DNA from: Bdellovibrionales bacterium
GTDB lineage: Bacteria > Bdellovibrionota > UBA1018 > CAIMNF01
DNA: 64,000 nucleotides
Assembly: GCA_040380025.1 (NCBI GenBank)
Contig: JBEIJY010000009.1
Location: 1-64,000, forward strand
Reading direction: 5' to 3'
Part shown: positions 39,156-48,528 of the stretch, piece after piece
Numbering within the stretch: the first letter of the stretch is position 1
Layout: each line of letters begins with the position of its first letter
The notes under the pieces: generated by a model
Database searches by the model: none
Seen by the model: only the letters and a program-made list of their open reading frames with translations
What the model was told of the DNA's origin: nothing
Program-made: the position numbers and the translations under genes

Positions 39156-40088
39156 TCACCACATCATTTCTGTGAAGGTTTCTGAGATGATCCTGGGCTC
39201 GCCGTTCTCTTCGGCGATGTACAAGATCTTTGTCCCCCGCGACACAAGCCCCTTTTGTCCGTTCCGAAGCGTCGATTCGTAATCCTGGGTGAACATCATC
39301 ATCGTGTACTTCGGATGGCGGAAGAAGTACGGGTCGCTCGCGTTCACGCGGATATTCGAGTATTTTTTGGTCAGAATCGCCTTGTAGTCCTTCCACGACA
39401 CCCGATCGAAGAGGCGCCCCTTGATGGGCGAGGCGAAGTCGGTGTGATAATGCCTCATGTACCGCTCGACATCACGGCTCTCCCAGTCGCGGATCCACGA
39501 TTCGAAAAACCGGTGGAGCTTTTCGTCCCTTCCGCCCTTCTGGTAATCGGGCGTGAGCGCATCGAAAATCAGCACCGGTGTCAGGCCGACCTGAATGAAG
39601 TTCTGGACTTCGGTCAATTCCTCATTCCGGAGAACCACGCACCCTTCGCTGTCGAAATCCTTCTTCAGCCGGTCCGGTTCATTCGTGCCATGAAGCATGA
39701 TGTTGTTGCCGGTGCTGTCGGCGATCCGGTCATAGTGATTGGGATAATTGATGTAAAACGCCATCGCGCCGAACTTGGCCTTCAGCTTCGGCGGAAGAAT
39801 CTTGGAAGTGAACTGGTAGACCCCTTCGGGCGTTTTGAGATCGCCCTCGGTTTCTTTGTCGCCTTTCACCTTGCCGGTGGTGGTGTGATAGGTTTTCAGG
39901 ATTTTGAAGGAGTCATCAGACTCATAGTGGGCCACATGCAGAAGATTGGTTTTTTTGTCGACCAGAATGAGCGTGTGCAAGTGCCCGGAATGGGACGAGC
40001 GCACGACCGCGTGAACGGAATGCGAAGGCAGAAAGGCTCCAAGCAGTGCGGCCACAAGGACCGCAGACCGGAAAATCACGGTGTGCAT
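39156..40088 (-). CDS. YkuD-fold L,D-carboxypeptidase/transpeptidase with C-terminal NTF2-like domain (Csd6/Pgp2/Bd1075-like)
   Basis: Signal peptide, K..EGD.KTPEGVY, HG...SEGC catalytic motif, C-terminal 'W...WES.D...Y...Y' NTF2-like pattern. Confidence 0.85.
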   Translation of the reverse strand: MHTVIFRSAVLVAALLGAFLPSHSVHAVVRSSHSGHLHTLILVDKKTNLLHVAHYESDDSFKILKTYHTTTGKVKGDKETEGDLKTPEGVYQFTSKILPPKLKAKFGAMAFYINYPNHYDRIADSTGNNIMLHGTNEPDRLKKDFDSEGCVVLRNEELTEVQNFIQVGLTPVLIFDALTPDYQKGGRDEKLHRFFESWIRDWESRDVERYMRHYHTDFASPIKGRLFDRVSWKDYKAILTKKYSNIRVNASDPYFFRHPKYTMMMFTQDYESTLRNGQKGLVSRGTKILYIAEENGEPRIISETFTEMMW

Positions 40089-40115
40089 CTCGTCGGGCAG
40101 TTTAACCGGTTTTGA

Positions 40116-40832
40116 TCAGGTTTTAAAGCGGAGTTTCGGAACGAGCGCAAGCGCCTCGAACACAATCCTGGAGCTCATCTTGGACTTTCCGACGCGACGG
40201 TCCTCGAACACGATCGGGAACTCCACATAACGGAACCCTTTGCGAAAGGCGCGGTACTTCAGCTCGATCTGAAACGAATACCCTCCGGCCTCGAGGGTCG
40301 CGAGATTGATACCCTCAAGCACCTTCCGATTCCACCCGTTGAACCCGCCGGTGAAGTCACGAATGGTCGCTCCGAGCACCATCCGGGCATACAAACTGCC
40401 TCCCCGGCTGATGATCTTGCGAAGCAAGCCCCAGTTCACGGTGCCCCCGCCTTGAACATAGCGGGACCCGATCACATAATCATGCTTTTGAAGAAGAGCG
40501 AGCATGGTCGGAAGAAACACGGGATTGTGCGAAAAGTCTGCGTCCATCTCGATCAGCTGATCGAAGCCCTGCTCGAAGCCCCAACGAAAACCCGCGATGT
40601 ATGCAGGCCCGAGACCCTCTTTTTTGGTTCGGTGCAGGACATGAATCCGAGGCTCTTTCGCAGAAAGCTCGTCGGCTTTTTTTCCGGTTCCATCGGGCGA
40701 GCCGTCATCGACGATCAGAACATGAACCGACGGAGGAGTTCGCTCCATCACCGCACGGGCGATGGGCTCGAGGTTTTCGATTTCATTGTAGGTCGGAATG
40801 ATGACCAGCGCTCTGGTCCCTGAGCTTTCCAT
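40116..40832 (-). CDS. Polyprenol monophosphomannose synthase-like GT2 glycosyltransferase
   Basis: IPTYNE, DDGSPDGT, MDADFSH, GSRY, GYSFQIE. Confidence 0.9.
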   Translation of the reverse strand: MESSGTRALVIIPTYNEIENLEPIARAVMERTPPSVHVLIVDDGSPDGTGKKADELSAKEPRIHVLHRTKKEGLGPAYIAGFRWGFEQGFDQLIEMDADFSHNPVFLPTMLALLQKHDYVIGSRYVQGGGTVNWGLLRKIISRGGSLYARMVLGATIRDFTGGFNGWNRKVLEGINLATLEAGGYSFQIELKYRAFRKGFRYVEFPIVFEDRRVGKSKMSSRIVFEALALVPKLRFKT

Positions 40833-41339
40833 TTAAAACGGAACGTCTTCTTCGGTGAAGGTCGGCTCAGACTGAAACGATGCTCCGGCCGAATAATTCG
40901 GTGCGGAATACCCACCGCCTGCACCGCCGGAATTCCCGTAGTTGTTGGAATTCCCGTAGGAGGAGCCCGCGTTTCCGTAGTTCCCCGCACCTTGATCGGC
41001 CGAGCGTCCTGCTGCGCCACCCAGGAACTGAACGGTTTGCGCCACGACTTCGGTTGTGTAGCGGGTTTGATTGTCTTTGTCCTGCCAAGAACGGGTCTGG
41101 AGCTTGCCTTCGATGTACGCCTGACGGCCTTTTTGAAGGTATTGGCCGCAGATCTCAGCAAGGCGACCGAACACGACAACACGATGCCATTCGGTCTTTT
41201 CTTGCTTCTGACCGTTTTTGTCGGTCCAAGATTCGTTGGTGGCGATGCTCAGATTGCAGATGGCCTGCCCTGAAGCGGAATGCTTTACTTCTGGATTCTG
41301 CCCCAGATTCCCGATCAGAATCACTTTATTCACTGACAT
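40833..41339 (-). CDS. ssb: Single-stranded DNA-binding protein
   Basis: [19 protein letters not shown]-terminal DVPF. Confidence 0.97.
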   Translation of the reverse strand: MSVNKVILIGNLGQNPEVKHSASGQAICNLSIATNESWTDKNGQKQEKTEWHRVVVFGRLAEICGQYLQKGRQAYIEGKLQTRSWQDKDNQTRYTTEVVAQTVQFLGGAAGRSADQGAGNYGNAGSSYGNSNNYGNSGGAGGGYSAPNYSAGASFQSEPTFTEEDVPF

Positions 41340-41371
41340 GCCTCTGACTTACGCCGGATCATTCCCGCAAG

Positions 41372-41809
41372 TCAAGGGATCTTCGGACGCACTCCGGAAC
41401 GCTTGGGCTTTTCGGGGAAAGGAATGCCTTTTTCTTCGAATTTTTTTCGCCAGGCCTCTTCGACCTGCCGTACTGCTTTCTTGCGGTCTGAAAGGTAGAG
41501 AATCGGATCAAATCCGCAATCCGGGCACGCCACCGACCCGCGCATCTTGAGCCGGTACGCGACCTCCATGACCAGCCCGACCGGAACCAGGAAGGCCAGC
41601 ACCCCTTTGAAGCCCATCCACGGCCAGAACATGGCCGAGAAAAAAGCAGTTGTGATCGCGATCTGCGAAAAGAACTTGAGAGAGCCGGCTTTCGCCGGAG
41701 GCGACTGCCATCGCTCGCGCTTGCAACCCACGCAATAAAATCGGAACGGCTCGCCCCGCGAGGCACGGAACAACCACTCCATCCTGGAACTCCGGTTTTC
41801 AGGCACCAT
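41372..41809 (-). CDS. Hypothetical membrane protein with two CxxC motifs
   Basis: CVGC, two TM segments, CPDC. Confidence 0.72.
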   Translation of the reverse strand: MVPENRSSRMEWLFRASRGEPFRFYCVGCKRERWQSPPAKAGSLKFFSQIAITTAFFSAMFWPWMGFKGVLAFLVPVGLVMEVAYRLKMRGSVACPDCGFDPILYLSDRKKAVRQVEEAWRKKFEEKGIPFPEKPKRSGVRPKIP

Positions 41810-41857
41810 TGAAACTCCTTTTCAACTCCGCCACAAGAAGAGTATACCAAGAGTTCG

Positions 41858-43057
41858 ATGAAAAACGATGCGAAAACCTTCTCACTTGCGGTGGCCCCCG
41901 TTTTCCCTGCGCACTGGACGGGCGTGCTCGACGAGGCCATTCCGTCCCTGGTGAAGGAACGGTTTTCGCCCTCCGAGTCTTGGAAGAGCAAGCCTTTCTC
42001 GAAAGAAGACGTGCTGTTCTTCTCGAAGGGACTCATGGAACTTTCGGGGTTTTTCACGACCGAGCGCGAAGGCGAGACTCTTCCGAACTACTTCACCACC
42101 GCCAAATTCCGGTCGAGTTATTTTTTGTACTTCTTCGGCCTTCAGGGCGCCAAGTTCCTGACCCTCTTCGACCGCCACCCGAGGGCGATCGAGGCCGCGC
42201 TCGATCACGCGAAAAAAACCAAGGTATTCCGGGTGATCGATGTCGGCTCGGGCCCGGGAACGGCATCCCTCGCCCTTCTTTGTTTTTTGCTCGAGCGGTT
42301 CGAAAAAAAGAAAACAAAACTCCCCTTCCGGATCGAGCTCGTCTGGATCGATCACAACGATTCGATCATGAAGGACGGAGCGGGACTGCTCGCGAAGATC
42401 ATCGCCCGCTTTCCCGACCTCGAGGGCGACATCCAGCTCAAAACCGAGGCACGCGCCTGGTGGAAGCACCCGAAAGGGTTTGATTTCGATGCCTCGCTTG
42501 TTCTCTTCGGGAACGTATTAAACGAGTGCCCGGACGATCCCCGGATTTTTCTGCAGGGCCTGGCCCCCTTCCTGCGCGACCCGAAGGGCGGCGGCGTGCT
42601 CCTGGTCGAGCCCGCCTTCCGCGAGGCAAGCCAGCGCCTGAGCCGGATCCGGGATGAGGTCGCGCTCCGCGAATCGCCGCTTCCGGTCTGGGGGCCTTGC
42701 CTGCACTCCGGAAAGTGCCCGCTCGCCCAAGGAAAAAACTGGTGCCACTTTTCGGTTCCCGCCGAGCTCCCGGGAAGCTTCTTCCGGAAGTTCTCGATCA
42801 AGCTGGGAGGGGTCCGCGAGTGGTTGAAGTTCTCGTTCCTTTGGATCGCAAGCCGCGACTCCGAAAAACCCGCGCGCCCCCCGAAAGGCCTCGTGCGCGT
42901 GGTGAGCGATCCGATCCGGACCGCGCGCGGCCTCCAGAATCTGATCTGCCGGCCCGAGCGCTTCACCTACGAAAACGCCAAGAAAAAACCAGTCTTCCGC
43001 GGAGATGTCATTCATGATTCCCTACTACAACCGGGTCACCCGAAAAGTCGAAACTGA
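41858..43057 (+). CDS. Rsm22/METTL17 family methyltransferase
   Basis: DVGSGPGTA, NVLNE, LLVEP, GPCLHSGKCP...WCHF, KFSFL. Confidence 0.82.
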   Translation: MKNDAKTFSLAVAPVFPAHWTGVLDEAIPSLVKERFSPSESWKSKPFSKEDVLFFSKGLMELSGFFTTEREGETLPNYFTTAKFRSSYFLYFFGLQGAKFLTLFDRHPRAIEAALDHAKKTKVFRVIDVGSGPGTASLALLCFLLERFEKKKTKLPFRIELVWIDHNDSIMKDGAGLLAKIIARFPDLEGDIQLKTEARAWWKHPKGFDFDASLVLFGNVLNECPDDPRIFLQGLAPFLRDPKGGGVLLVEPAFREASQRLSRIRDEVALRESPLPVWGPCLHSGKCPLAQGKNWCHFSVPAELPGSFFRKFSIKLGGVREWLKFSFLWIASRDSEKPARPPKGLVRVVSDPIRTARGLQNLICRPERFTYENAKKKPVFRGDVIHDSLLQPGHPKSRN

Positions 43058-43937
43058 GAAAGTCTATGGCGGCGCCTGGCTCGATTGGGCCTACCGGAAC
43101 CGCGTCGGCTTTTTTTTGACGGACCGAATTTTCTCGAAGCGATGGGTCAGCCGCCTTTTCGGCGCCTTCGAGGACTCCACCCTGAGCCGCGCGAAGATCG
43201 CGGACTTCATCGAGAAATACGGAATCGGAATGGAGGAATTCGAAGAGGCATCGTACTCTTGCTTCAATGATTTCTTCATCCGGCGTTTCAAGCCGGGGAA
43301 ACGCCCCTTTCCGGCGGACTCCGGAACCTTCGCGGCCGGCGCCGAAGCGCGGTATCTGGCTTTCTCCTGCCTGGGCTCGGAGCAGAAATTCAAAGTGAAA
43401 GGGATCGACATCGATCTTGCCGAGCTCCTCCGGGATCCTGATCTGGCCGAGCGCTTCGCGGGGGGATCGGTCCTGATCGCCCGTCTTTGTCCGGTCGATT
43501 ACCACCGGTTTCATTTTCCGTTCACAGGAAGACTCTTGCGTCATTTTCGTGTCGCCGGTCGCTATCACTCGGTGAACCCCGTGGCTCTCGAGGCCGCTCC
43601 TCGGGTTTTTCTCGAAAACGAGCGTCAAATCGCTGTCCTCGAGCATCCGCAGGGTGGAATGACCGCCATGATCGAGGTGGGAGCGCTCGGAGTCGGGAAA
43701 ATCGTGCAAACCGCCTACGATACCGGAACCTCCCTACCGCTTGCATTTGAAATGGGCGCCGAAAAAGGTTATTTTTTATTTGGGGGGTCTACCGTGATCT
43801 GGATTCTGGAGCGCGGAAAATTCGAGCTGTGCGAAGACCTCCTCGAAAACAGCGCGCGGGGGATGGAAACATGGGTTCCGCTCGGGCAAAAGCTGGGGAG
43901 GATCAAAGGGAGTGAGCAACGGACAGACCCTCATTGA
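43014..43937 (+). CDS. psd: Phosphatidylserine decarboxylase proenzyme
   Basis: FNDFFIR, RLCPVDYHRFHFP, NER, EVGA..VG, FGGST cleavage motif. Confidence 0.92.
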   Translation: MIPYYNRVTRKVETEKVYGGAWLDWAYRNRVGFFLTDRIFSKRWVSRLFGAFEDSTLSRAKIADFIEKYGIGMEEFEEASYSCFNDFFIRRFKPGKRPFPADSGTFAAGAEARYLAFSCLGSEQKFKVKGIDIDLAELLRDPDLAERFAGGSVLIARLCPVDYHRFHFPFTGRLLRHFRVAGRYHSVNPVALEAAPRVFLENERQIAVLEHPQGGMTAMIEVGALGVGKIVQTAYDTGTSLPLAFEMGAEKGYFLFGGSTVIWILERGKFELCEDLLENSARGMETWVPLGQKLGRIKGSEQRTDPH

Positions 43938-44931
43938 TGACTTGTTCAAGCAGGTCATCGGTCCGTTCTCGGCGACCGGCCTCACTTCCCTTCTTTTCGA
44001 GCCCGACAACGTCGAAGACCGTGTCACCAATCTGGTCCGCATCTTCGGACTTCATCCTCATCTGGTCCAGCCCTTTCAGGCGCTCATCAAATCGCTGAAT
44101 CCGCAAGAAGGCGAAACTCCGCTCGAGGAGCACATCCGCTTTTACACCACTCGCGCAACGCAGTTGTGGCTTCTGGTGAACCTCATGAATCAGGTCTTGA
44201 AGGTGAAGGAACTTCAGCTCGATGCCGCCACCGGGAAGCTCCCGGGCAAGGCCAATGAATTGCTGAAGTTCGCGAACGAGGCGCGAAACGCCTTCGGCGA
44301 GGAAAGCCGCTACAAGGACCTCGTGTTCGCGGCCGGGATATTGTTCGATTTTGTGATGTATCTTCACAAGTCGACCCTGATGAATCTGGGCGGGGCCAAA
44401 TTCGATGAGCCCATCAACCAGGCGTATCTTCGTGCGGTCGAGCAGGGCCAACTGGTCCTGAAGCTCTCCCGCTACAAAAAAAAGCTCACCCACGAAAAAC
44501 TCACTCCGATCACGGCGTTCGCCCGGCAGTTCGCACAACTGTGCATTTGCCTTCTCCGACCTTCGGAAGGCCCCGAATTCTACAAAAAACTAAGCACGAT
44601 CAAGCTGACCGAGCAGGTCCGCCTGTCGCTCGAGACCGGAAAATTCGGGGTTCACACCGGAACCGTCTCGACCTTCGTGGCACAGATGATTCCCGAATTC
44701 TCGCCGCTCGATGAGGCCATGTCGATCTGGGGCGCACCCTATCTGGCCTGGCACGGGGAGTTCCGCGACATCCATGATCTGTGCGGAATGGGAATGCTCG
44801 CGGCCGCCCTGAAAGAGCGCGTGACCGGAGGAGACTTCAAGGGCGCGGGCAAGGTCGGAGAAACCCTTCCCGAACTCAAGTATCTCGATCTTGCCCTGAC
44901 ACCGGAGGTGAAGAGTGAAGCTAAAATTTGA
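43912..44931 (+). CDS. Hypothetical protein, degenerate HDOD-like
   Basis: Operon position; FAAGILFD and LE..KFGVH.G segments resemble HDOD motifs. Confidence 0.7.
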   Translation: MSNGQTLIDDLFKQVIGPFSATGLTSLLFEPDNVEDRVTNLVRIFGLHPHLVQPFQALIKSLNPQEGETPLEEHIRFYTTRATQLWLLVNLMNQVLKVKELQLDAATGKLPGKANELLKFANEARNAFGEESRYKDLVFAAGILFDFVMYLHKSTLMNLGGAKFDEPINQAYLRAVEQGQLVLKLSRYKKKLTHEKLTPITAFARQFAQLCICLLRPSEGPEFYKKLSTIKLTEQVRLSLETGKFGVHTGTVSTFVAQMIPEFSPLDEAMSIWGAPYLAWHGEFRDIHDLCGMGMLAAALKERVTGGDFKGAGKVGETLPELKYLDLALTPEVKSEAKI

Positions 44932-45520
44932 ACGCTTCGAGGGAATCGCCTCCTTCACCATCCGGGGACAGGTGGAGCTTTCGGAGTTCCGGATTCTTGC
45001 CATCGGTCTTGAGACTCTGGTGAAAACCATCGAGGAACCTCTGGTGGTGAACGTGAGCCTCGCCACGATCGACCCGCCCTATGTGAAGACCATGATCGAG
45101 CTGAAGAAGATCCTGGCGAAAGCCGCGAAGCAAAAAATCTACTGGATCGGGAGGTTCCGGGGCCTCACCGATTACAATGAGCTCTCGCTTTTGTTCGCGC
45201 GCCTCGGGGGATTCCGGCTCCGTCAGGTGGGAGAGCGCCTTGCGCTCGAGGATTCCATTTTTTCGCTGAGTGCGAAACTCGAAGCAATCAAAGCAGAGCT
45301 CGAGAAACTGGGCGGCGACGGTGATCAGGCCTCGAAAATCGTTCTCGAGAACCAAGTGCTGAAGGAACAGAACCGAAGCCTGAAGCGGACCATCCGATTC
45401 ATGGGAGAACGCATGAAGGACCAGGCCAAGTCGAAGCCGAGCGACAACGAATACGCGCAAAAGGTACAGCAAGCGCTCGAAGATCTGAAGACCGCCTATG
45501 CGACCGAGGTGAAGCTGTGA
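44915..45520 (+). CDS. Hypothetical protein (STAS-like N-terminus plus coiled coil)
   Basis: Coupled to neighbours; heptad-rich C-terminal half. Confidence 0.7.
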   Translation: MKLKFERFEGIASFTIRGQVELSEFRILAIGLETLVKTIEEPLVVNVSLATIDPPYVKTMIELKKILAKAAKQKIYWIGRFRGLTDYNELSLLFARLGGFRLRQVGERLALEDSIFSLSAKLEAIKAELEKLGGDGDQASKIVLENQVLKEQNRSLKRTIRFMGERMKDQAKSKPSDNEYAQKVQQALEDLKTAYATEVKL

Positions 45521-45810
45521 ACATCAAGGCCGAGGTCATTCCCCAGGACTCCGTGATCGAGCAGGTGAAGACCCTGTCGCTTCAGAACAACACTCTGGAG
45601 ACCGAGACTGAGGTGCTCGAACGGAAACTGGAAGCCATCAAAGCCTCGCTTGCCGAGAACGAGACTCTGAAAAAAACAAACGAGGAACTGCTCGCAGAGA
45701 CCCTCCGGCTGTTTGACGAGGAATGGACAAGACGTGCCGATTTTTTTCCGGACATCCGTCTGGAGATCCTCACCTCCTCCGCGGCGCTCAATGCCCCGCC
45801 GAAGAAGTAG
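45517..45810 (+). CDS. Small coiled-coil hypothetical protein
   Basis: GTGA overlap with the upstream gene, RBS gaggtg. Confidence 0.65.
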   Translation: MNIKAEVIPQDSVIEQVKTLSLQNNTLETETEVLERKLEAIKASLAENETLKKTNEELLAETLRLFDEEWTRRADFFPDIRLEILTSSAALNAPPKK

Positions 45811-47026
45811 ACCCGAGCAGCGCCGCGCTGATTCCGTCACCCCGGGGCTCGTTTTGCGGAAACCAGCTCCATTTTTTGATCGTCTTCAGATCAGGCGCCA
45901 TCGATTCGTTTTCGATCTTGAGCATCGAGCAGGTCGAATACAGAATCATCCCCCCGGGAGAAAGATGATGTTTCGCCCAATCCAAGAGGAGACCTTGGGC
46001 TTCGACCAGCTTTTCGACATCATGGAACGTGCGATTCCATTTGATTTCGGGATGGCGGCGGATGACCCCGGTGCTGGAACAAGGGGCATCGATCCAGATG
46101 AGGTCGTATTGTCCGTTGGAATTCCACACGGTCGAATACTCGGCGATTTCGATCGACTCCTGAAGCCCGAGGCGCGAGACATTTTCGCGGACGCGATCGA
46201 GCCGTTCGGAATCGATGTCGGTCGCCAGAACCGGAAAGCCCGCAAAGGCAAGGCCGAGGCTCTTTCCGCCCGGAGCCGCGCACAGATCGAGAATCCGGAG
46301 CGGACGCTTCTTCAGACCGCGAAGATAGTCCACGATTTCGTCGACGAGCTTTTGATTCGAGATGTCCTGCACGAATCCGGGGGGCTCGTTCCCGCGAAAG
46401 CCCTCTGCCAAGAGCATGGTCTCGGTGCGGGTTCGGTACCAGACCTCGGGTCGCGAGAGCACGGCTTCTGAAAACGCAAAAACCCAGTCCGAACCGTGAT
46501 CTTTTCGAAGCTTTTTGAACAGCCACTCCGGAAGACTGCACCACGCGACCTGCTCATCAAACGGGGTATCGGCGGTGACCTTCCAGGACCGCCACGATTC
46601 GCGCTGATCGGCGACCTTTCGAAGAATCGCATTCGCGAATTTCGCGGGGGCTTCGCCGTCCTGCTGGCGAACCGCCTGCACCGTCTCGGAAACCACAAGA
46701 CCGGGGGCCACATCCTGGGCCAGAAGCTGGTATACGGCGATCTCGAGAAACCGCCGAACCTCGCCCGCCGGCTTTTTCTTGAGCGCATAGGTATCGATGA
46801 TGAAGTCGACCCGTCCGCGGTAGCGAAGCACTCCGGAGGCGATTTCGTAAATCCAGGAACGATCGAATTCAGGAAGAGTTTTTTCGGACACCGCCGAGAG
46901 GACACGGGTCACCGCCTCTTCGAGCGTATCCTTCGAACCATAAACTCGCCCGAGCACCCGACTTGCGAGCGACCGAAGCTCCACCAACGACTGCGCGGCC
47001 TTCCGGCCCTGGGATTCAGCGAACAT
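45788..47026 (-). CDS. rsmB: 16S rRNA m5C967 methyltransferase-like (NusB-like + RsmB domain)
   Basis: NusB-like N-terminus (FANAILR), DLCAAPGGK, DAPCSSTGVIRRHPE, YSTCS. Confidence 0.85.
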   Translation of the reverse strand: MFAESQGRKAAQSLVELRSLASRVLGRVYGSKDTLEEAVTRVLSAVSEKTLPEFDRSWIYEIASGVLRYRGRVDFIIDTYALKKKPAGEVRRFLEIAVYQLLAQDVAPGLVVSETVQAVRQQDGEAPAKFANAILRKVADQRESWRSWKVTADTPFDEQVAWCSLPEWLFKKLRKDHGSDWVFAFSEAVLSRPEVWYRTRTETMLLAEGFRGNEPPGFVQDISNQKLVDEIVDYLRGLKKRPLRILDLCAAPGGKSLGLAFAGFPVLATDIDSERLDRVRENVSRLGLQESIEIAEYSTVWNSNGQYDLIWIDAPCSSTGVIRRHPEIKWNRTFHDVEKLVEAQGLLLDWAKHHLSPGGMILYSTCSMLKIENESMAPDLKTIKKWSWFPQNEPRGDGISAALLGSTSSAGH

Positions 47027-48011
47027 TCCAGATCATGTAAAGGCCGGACGGAAGAACCCGTCCCGCGGTTTGAGTAACACCTGTGATTCGGTCCGCCACC
47101 CGGGACACGAGGCGATCAAAGAAGGATTGCTCTTCTTCGAAGCCCTCTTCTTCGTCCGATCCTCCTCCGAGGAGAAGTTCCTGAAGCCCCCTCGATCTTT
47201 TCGCAGGGTATGCGATCCGGGGCTTCCCTTTGATTTTGGCCTCGCGGGCCACGTCTTCGATCGCATCGTCGATGGTGCCGATCTCATCAATGAGCTTCAA
47301 TTTTTTGGCTTGAGTACCGGTGAAGACCCGTCCATCGGCCACCGAAGTGACCTCATCGGCACTCAGTTTGCGACCTTGGGCGACGGCCCCCTTGAACTGA
47401 TCGAGCGTGTCCATGACAAGGCCCTGAAAATACTCGCGCTCCTCGGGAGCGAGATCGCGATACTCGGCACCGCTGTCTTTAAATCGGCCGGTTTTGACCG
47501 AATACCGCTCGACCTTGGCCCAGTCATAAAGCTTCTTCAGGTTCATGAACTCCATGATCACGCCGATCGAACCGGTTAGAGTTCCCGCATTGGCATAGAC
47601 CTTTTTTGCCCCGGAGGCGATGTAGTAGGCGCCCGAGGCGGCCACACTCCCCATCGAAACGACGAGGGGCTTCGGAAACCGCTTCACCGCCTCGTAAATT
47701 TCTTGCGAGGGAGCCACGGCCCCGCCCGGAGAGTTGAGCCGGAGAACCACCGCTTTGATGTCGCGGTCCTCTTCGGCGTCCTTCAGGTTCCGGAGGATCC
47801 GGCGGGACTCGAGGATCACGCCCTTCAGCTCGATCACGGCGACATAGTCGCCCCGGTCAGAAAGAGCCCCGTCCCCTTCACGCCAAGAGGACGAGCCCCC
47901 GCGCATGAAGTAGTAAACGAAGCTGAAGATCAAAAAGAAGCCGAACAGCGCTACCGAGATGCCCAGAATGACGGCAAGGGGGTTCACGTGACGCTTTTGG
48001 ATTTCACTCAT
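47016..48011 (-). CDS. sppA: Signal peptide peptidase (S49)
   Basis: LNSPGG, VAASGAYY, TGSIGV, ADGRVFTG. Confidence 0.93.
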   Translation of the reverse strand: MSEIQKRHVNPLAVILGISVALFGFFLIFSFVYYFMRGGSSSWREGDGALSDRGDYVAVIELKGVILESRRILRNLKDAEEDRDIKAVVLRLNSPGGAVAPSQEIYEAVKRFPKPLVVSMGSVAASGAYYIASGAKKVYANAGTLTGSIGVIMEFMNLKKLYDWAKVERYSVKTGRFKDSGAEYRDLAPEEREYFQGLVMDTLDQFKGAVAQGRKLSADEVTSVADGRVFTGTQAKKLKLIDEIGTIDDAIEDVAREAKIKGKPRIAYPAKRSRGLQELLLGGGSDEEEGFEEEQSFFDRLVSRVADRITGVTQTAGRVLPSGLYMIWNVR

Positions 48012-48136
48012 ATTTCATGATTGTACATGGATTCGGACGGTTCGGCCACGGGGGGGTTGGAGCCTGGACCCTTATCGTTTTGCGTCGCGTTACAGGTTTC
48101 AGAATTCATGAAAAAACATTCTCCCTGAATTTTCTC

Positions 48137-48165
48137 TTGAACTCCGCACACTCCTCGGTTAGAAC
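48137..48165 (+). promoter_or_regulatory. Putative sigma-70 promoter of tRNA-Glu
   Basis: TTGAAC-N17-TAGAAC upstream of the tRNA. Confidence 0.55.
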
Positions 48166-48187
48166 GATGCTTCCTCTTTTATAGCGC

Positions 48188-48263
48188 GTCCCCATCGTCT
48201 AGAGGCCTAGGACACCGCCTTTTCACGGCAGTAACCGGGGTTCGACTCCCCGTGGGGACGCCA
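48188..48263 (+). tRNA. tRNA-Glu(TTC)
   Basis: GTCCCCA...TGGGGAC-GCCA acceptor stem, TTC anticodon, GGTTCGACTCC T-arm. Confidence 0.95.
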
Positions 48264-48306
48264 AAAAAGGTCTGTCATCGACTCGTTCGATGGCAGACCT
48301 TTTTTT
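48264..48306 (+). terminator. Intrinsic terminator after tRNA-Glu
   Basis: aggtctgtcatcga...tcgatggcagacct followed by a T run. Confidence 0.85.
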
Positions 48307-48320
48307 GTTTCTACGGGTGC

Positions 48321-48487
48321 CGAGAACCCCGCGCGAGGGAGCGATAGCGACCGAAGCTCAGGGGTTCGTTCGCGAGACCCCAGGATGGGTCGAGCGAGCA
48401 AAGCGAGTGAAACGAGCGGTGCCTGAGCGACCGTAGGTCGCGAAGGTGGCGACCAGGATGGGAGCCACACTCCCCGTGGGGACGCCA
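48321..48487 (+). repeat. tRNA-linked element: duplicated tRNA-Glu 3' end split in the T-loop by a 100-nt hairpin-rich insert
   Basis: GGGGTTCG at 48361-48368 and ACTCCCCGTGGGGACGCCA at 48469-48487 match tRNA positions 48237-48263. Confidence 0.8.
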
Positions 48488-48528
48488 AATAAAAAAGCCT
48501 GCATCACCCGATGCGGGCTTTTTTATTT
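48488..48528 (+). terminator. Second terminator-like hairpin after the tRNA 3' duplicate
   Basis: aataaaaaagcctgcatc...gatgcgggcttttttatt. Confidence 0.8.

Noticed and set aside
48469..48487. attR of a prophage or integrative island at tRNA-Glu
   Set aside because: Only about 200 bp from the tRNA, with no integrase or phage genes in the window
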